The notes beneath the pieces were generated by a model. It was not told the DNA's origin and did not search any database. It saw only the letters and a program-made list of their open reading frames with translations. Shown here in pieces: positions 58,567 through 64,000 of a stretch of DNA of 64,000 nt. The DNA comes from Eledone cirrhosa (Eukaryota). The stretch is from assembly GCA_964016885.1 (NCBI GenBank), contig OZ024743.1:273544001-273608000 (forward strand), in the 5' to 3' direction. Positions within the stretch are counted from its first letter, which is position 1. Every line of letters begins with the position of its first letter. The position numbers and the translations under genes were made by a program.

Positions 58567-59618
58567 TTCGTTTCTGAATTTGTTTAGCAAATGGGAAAAA
58601 ATGGTAAATGATGAAGCAAATGGGACCTGCCCCTTGTATAGGAGCAAATTTTGGAATAGAATAGAAAGAACTAGGAATAAGGCTAATAGAATAAACTCAT
58701 GGTATGATAGCAATAAATACCAGAGTATAATGTTCATCGATACAACCCCTAGAGGTGAATTAGCTTACAAATTTAGAAGGGCCCTAGATAAACATAAACT
58801 CAATATTAAGATAGTAGAAAGACCAGGTACCTCCATAAAAACACTTATTAGCAAGACATACCCTTTTCAAAGACCCCCCTGTATAGATAAAAAAATGTAT
58901 AACCTGTAAATTAAGCCCCCACATTAATTGTAACACTAGAAATGTAATATATAGCATAAGATGTACTGAAGGACAATGTAGAGATAAAAATATAGTGTAC
59001 ATAGGTGAGACAGCTCGTAGTGTAGGGGAACGGAAAAATGAACACTGGCGAGACCTCCAAGATAGTAAAGAATCATCTGTACTCTACCAACATGCTAAAA
59101 TATAACATAAGGGTAAATTAGAGAACATAGAAATAAAAATCTACACATTGAAAAGATGCAATGTTTAGACAAATCACAGAGGCAATAAAAGAATTACAAC
59201 CGAAATTAAATAGAAAACATGAGTGGAACAGCAACATCACAACTTACAATTAAGGACACAATGAAAACACACACGCACATATAACAAACAACCAACCAGT
59301 AACATGTAAATAAACAAATAAATAAACGAATATAAACACACACAGACACCCGGATGTGCCGCATGCGCAGACTGAGCACACAACACACACACAGAAACAA
59401 GATGGCGTAGGACAGAATAAAGGAGAAACACAAAAACAAAGAAAAGAATCCCCAGTCACTGAAGAGGTCACAGAATGTGTGACGAAAGAACTTTGACTAT
59501 ATATAAACAACCAACCGGAAATTTATAAATTACTAAATTTATAAATTTATTATAATAAATTGAAGTGAAAGCACTGGTGCGTGTGTTTCTTATTGGCAAC
59601 ATGACCCTCCCAAAGTAT

Positions 59619-59625
<7 letters not shown>
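58565..59625 (+). mobile_element. PLE 3' fragment (linker, GIY-YIG and pLTR), related to the 48-50 kb element
   Basis: CPLYRSKFW...[18 protein letters not shown]...IKIVERPG, then VIYSIRC...YIGETARS. Frameshifted and flanked by (TA)n. Confidence 0.92.
59454..59498 (+). ncRNA. Intact minimal type I hammerhead
   Basis: agtca CTGAAGA g gtcaca gaatg tgtgac GAAA gaac TT tgact. Stems I and II are perfect. Confidence 0.85.
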
Positions 59626-59653
<28 letters not shown>

Positions 59654-60374
59654 TCATATATATACATTTATGTATGTATATATATATGTGTGTGTTTGTG
59701 TGAGCGTGTGTGTTTCTGCTTATATATATATGTAGTTGTAATAAAAATTAATTGCGTTTTTCTATTCGTTGGTTTTATTCTCGTGATTTAGTTAATCTTG
59801 TGATAGGAACATATTACATATATATTTTTCCCTGAGAGAGGAGATCTCAAGGCATGTTTCCCTTTGAATATTGTGAGGATTATTTACTTCTACAGTTGTT
59901 ACGATAACATTGAATATGGAGGTAATTGAGATGCATCTCCGTCATTTGATGCTGTTTTAATTTCGGTAAGGAAAATATATTGCAGAAACGATCTTTCCAA
60001 TTTACGGAGACGATGCCATAGCCTATAGTACAGTTCGCAAGTTTTTTCCCTACGTTTAAAAAAGAAAATTTGACCTGGACTACCGTGCATGTCCAGACAG
60101 TGCTAGAGTCGTTGATAATGACTCAGACGAGACAGCGCAATTCCTAGCTCAAACGTGATATACGGCTTATGTATTTCTCTGCTTGAAATATTTTGTCTGG
60201 GCACCATTACTGTTAAATAGTCTTCAGAGAAGCTTCTGTCGTACAACCGTGTAATCAGTGATATTTTACGAATCCACTGTTTTGACACTCATGAAACATA
60301 CGTGCAGTTTTCAAGGCAGATCCAAACAAGGGCAGTATTTTTTGCAATCATTGTAGAGCGAGAAAGGGGACGAA

Positions 60375-60431
<57 letters not shown>

Positions 60432-62354
60432 CCTGACTTTTGCAGCACATTGATGAGAACTATGTGAGACATGAATTATATACTAGTATGGACAAGAGGA
60501 ATTAGCTGTACACGAAATTTCTTCTATACGGACATGGATTATGGACTGCTTACAAGCCGATCTCTATGTTGCATTTAGATTGGTGGCAAGATCGTTTCAG
60601 ATAAATATAAACAAGCTCAACCAGATGAGTTGTTCAATATCTTATGAATTTAAATAATCTATAGAAAAAACTCACCCTTCCATTGCAGCCTAATACTGGC
60701 ATTTTTTACATTTTTTAACTTTACTATTCTCTCCTTCAAGAAACAGATATTAAAACGAGTGGAAACATTTGGAATGCTTGATATATGATAATCATTTAAT
60801 CATTATTTCAAAATTCACAACTGACAGGTATCCAATCTTATTTAACACAATATCATTATAACTCCATACTCATTTTGTTTACCTTCCTTAATGTAGAATA
60901 TTTTTAACTTGAAGTTGAATATTTTTATGTTAGAGTACTGCACATCTGAGATATAAGGTGTTTTGATTGTTTTTTTAAATTATTATTCTCAACTGTTATG
61001 TGTTAATGTAATGTGGGATTTCACTCGAACAGTTCCCCAGACATTGTCAGCGTAATTGAGTTCAAACATTATAAATCAACCCTAGTTAATCATACCTTTC
61101 CATTGCAATAAGTTAATGACAATTATCAAATTAACTTCTCACAAGGTAATCGATAATTGTAATATTGGGATTACAATTCGTCTGTTTTATATGTATATGT
61201 TTATATATCAATAAATTGTTTCGTTACTTAAAAAACAAACTTCATTTTTCCTGGAGAAGGCTTATAAAAATGATCAAGTTTGAAAAATGCATTGTGAAAT
61301 GCTCTAATATTTACAGGAAAAAGAAAACATGGATATTTTTTACTCTGAGATTATATATATCCTTATAAAGAAATTGTCGATATCCTTACAGAAATAGTTG
61401 TGTACCATTCTAGTTATAGAAATTACAAGTGAGAAGACCCTTAACTAGCATAATTCAATAGCTAAGTCAAAGTAGTTGCTTCACTTTTCAACTTTATTCT
61501 GCATAACAGTATACTCATTTGCTATTGCTATATCGATTATAAATATATAGTAAATTGACATTTTCTTTTTTGTGAAACATAATATCGGACGTAATATATG
61601 ATATATGGTCTGCAAATTAAAGTTTTGGAATTGACATTTTTTATGAGGTGGAGTTTCATTTGAGTTGTTTTTTGAATTATTTGTAACTGATTGGACATAC
61701 GTGTAGAGAACAATTTTGCTACGTTATAATGAATCCAAGTACATGTCAAAAGATTTAGTGTAGGGCCACTTGGATATAACAGGGTGCATTTTTTTCAGAA
61801 AATACCTCGCGCAACTGACATGTATCATTTATATTTTAGGAATGGAAGATGAAAATGTCTAGCGGTGTTGTCTGAAACTATATGGCAAAGATGTTTCTGC
61901 AATGCAATCCCCGTTCACTAGGCGAGCATTTGTTTGCATTCCATATGTATTTTATTCTATCCTTGGAGCTAATTAGCCACAAGACTACATGTAGTTCTTT
62001 TTTTTGGGGGGGGGGGGGGTATACTATCATTGTGGTCGATTTGTTGCTAACTTATATTTGGTGTTAAGATTTTGGACACTTAATCTTTCTTTTTTATTTT
62101 CTTGGGGCATAATGAAATAATTTACTGCATTATAACCTTAAAAAATAACATCCTGTTCTAAATTTGAATAGTCATAAATAGTATTAATAATAATCCCCTC
62201 AACATGATCCCTAGCAATAAATAGTCACCTGTTACTATCTCTGTAAATAATTTATCCTTGTTGGATGTCAATTTTCTTTTAAACAGTTTCTAACGCGAAC
62301 ATGCTCAGAGTTGATGTATATTATTTTCGAATATAATATTACAAAATAAAATAT

Positions 62355-62730
62355 AATAATTGTCCCTACTTTTGGCACAAGGCCACCAATTATCCTAATG
62401 GATTACTGGTACTTTATTTTATCTACCCCACAAGGACGAAAGGCAAAGTTAACCTCGGCAAGACTTGAACTTAGAACGTAAAGGTCCATAACTCTATGCT
62501 ACACAGTATGAAGTCCAACGTTCTACCGATACTGCCAATAATATAATAATTGTTTCTACATTTGGCACAAGGCCAGCAATTACCCCAGTGCATTACTGAT
62601 ACTTTATTTTATCGACCCCGTAAGGATGAAAAGCAAAGTTAATCTCGGCGGGATTTGAACTCAGAATGGCAAGGGCCGTAACTCTATGCGTCAACGCATG
62701 GTGTCCGGCCCTCTACCATACTGCCAGCCC
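62355..62730 (-). mobile_element. Tandem pair of SINE family A copies
   Basis: Two adjacent ~185-nt copies, 62355-62540 and 62545-62730. Confidence 0.88.
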
Positions 62731-63400
62731 AGCAATAATATAATAATGACATCGACAGTACTTTTACTGTTTATATACGCTGGTTATACAGATATTTTTT
62801 TCTTCTTTGGTCTCAGGTGAAAATATCCATTCCTTGTTCGTATTCGGATAATTTTCAGGCACACAGTTTTTCTCCGTATGTTAAATATTCGTATAGAGTG
62901 GAATTTTCTGACTGCAAAATATATGTGAGATTGGCCAGCTTCACATTATAAAATAACGTTTTGTTTAATGTTATTTATAATAATTTCAAGACCCTACATG
63001 AATTGCTCAACAAAACTGAAGAGATTCATAATTTGAAGACTTTTAAAGCATAAAATGTTGCAGCATTCATAGAAAGAAAATATACCTTCCTCTCCCTGTA
63101 TCCACGTGCAATATCATAGAATAGAAGAAGACCATGTTTATTGCAATCTTAACATATCCCAATAGATATTCCTGTAAAACTAGACAATAAGTTATTAGCG
63201 AGCGTTAGAATTGTCTTTGATTTATTCATTTGTTTTGTAAAGAAGTTCAACGTGATGTCATCACATGTATTCATTTCCTGCATGTTTGGTTGATGACAAA
63301 CAAGACTAATTTTAATTTTTGTCGGACATGACGAAAACATCAAACGCATCTAATTAAATATGCTTAACGAAACCTAGGCAATTGCCCGTACTGCTTTAGC

Positions 63401-63705
63401 GTTCTTCTTCTTCTTCTTCTTCTTCTTCTTCTTCTTCTTCTTCTTCTTCTTCTTCTTCTTCTTCTTCTTCTTCTTCTTCTTTGTATGAAGGTCGCTGGGG
63501 CAGAGTCTTCAAGCACGCCTTCAAGTGGATTCTGTCAGGAGCAACCGTCTTTGATTGATCCGGTTGGATCCCCAAGTGAGACAAGCCGAGTTCATGGCTG
63601 CTATCCCACCATCTTGCGTGGAGGAGCGGGGTCTATCCCTGAAACCCCTGCCACTTGGTTTAGCCCGTAAAATATATCCAGTGATTCTTTCCTGAGTCCT
63701 TCAAA
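63401..63705 (-). mobile_element. RTE LINE 3' end with a (GAA)n tail
   Basis: LGIQPDQ..VAPDR..LKTLPQRP matches the 1.6 kb and 8.4 kb termini. (ttc)n at 63401-63482. Confidence 0.8.
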
Positions 63706-64000
63706 GCACATTTCCGTAGTAGCTGTAACCACACAATTTGGAGTTTATCAATTACCAGTAGGTAAGAGATGCGACTGATATTAATAATTAAATGGGACCT
63801 CTGATGAATGAGGAGGTCAGATTATCGTTGTTTTTCTAGTACTATGCAGTCTTATTGTTGATTATTGAAGATGGTTTTGAAGGTTAAGCTTTTCTTATTG
63901 TATAATATTCCAAATGATCACCAACAATGTTGAATATCGCCATTGCAAGTATATTTCTAACTTTTGAGGTGCATGTCTGAAATGAAATGCTGTGTGGATG

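Noticed and set aside
59900-60600. Faint Tc1/mariner-like peptide traces
   Set aside because: Too decayed. No TIRs or DDE triad could be read.
61800-61960. Possible splice acceptor (ttatattttag) and host exon
   Set aside because: No convincing donor site or recognisable peptide. RNA-seq would be needed.
63396-63584. Poly-Glu ORF
   Set aside because: It is the (GAA)n tail of an RTE fragment.

Overview
This is AT-rich, repeat-saturated eukaryotic DNA. The (TA)n/(CA)n density and the SINE types suggest an octopus-like mollusc, which is an inference. I cannot support any host protein-coding exon, and most ORF-track entries are microsatellite artefacts. The window contains: (i) Penelope-like retroelements (PLEs), namely one near-complete but broken RT+GIY-YIG copy at ~47960-50875 and at least seven fragments; (ii) decayed RTE and CR1/L2-type LINEs; (iii) many tRNA-derived SINE copies; (iv) about 18 short fold-back (inverted-repeat) insertions from many unrelated families, nearly all embedded in (TA)n. 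Most fold-backs share one asymmetric layout: one arm stops at an internal TA, and the other runs on for a 30-135 nt tail. By eye I find about a dozen type I hammerhead ribozyme (HHR) motifs, intact to decayed, in PLE 3' ends, in fold-back arms and in a 440-bp tandem repeat that also carries octamer motifs. In one copy of that repeat the inversion breakpoint lies within 2 nt of the predicted self-cleavage site. The best candidate system is a set of ribozyme-bearing non-autonomous elements that target (TA)n and are probably mobilised by PLE RT/GIY-YIG proteins. Coordinates were read by eye, so ends are approximate.
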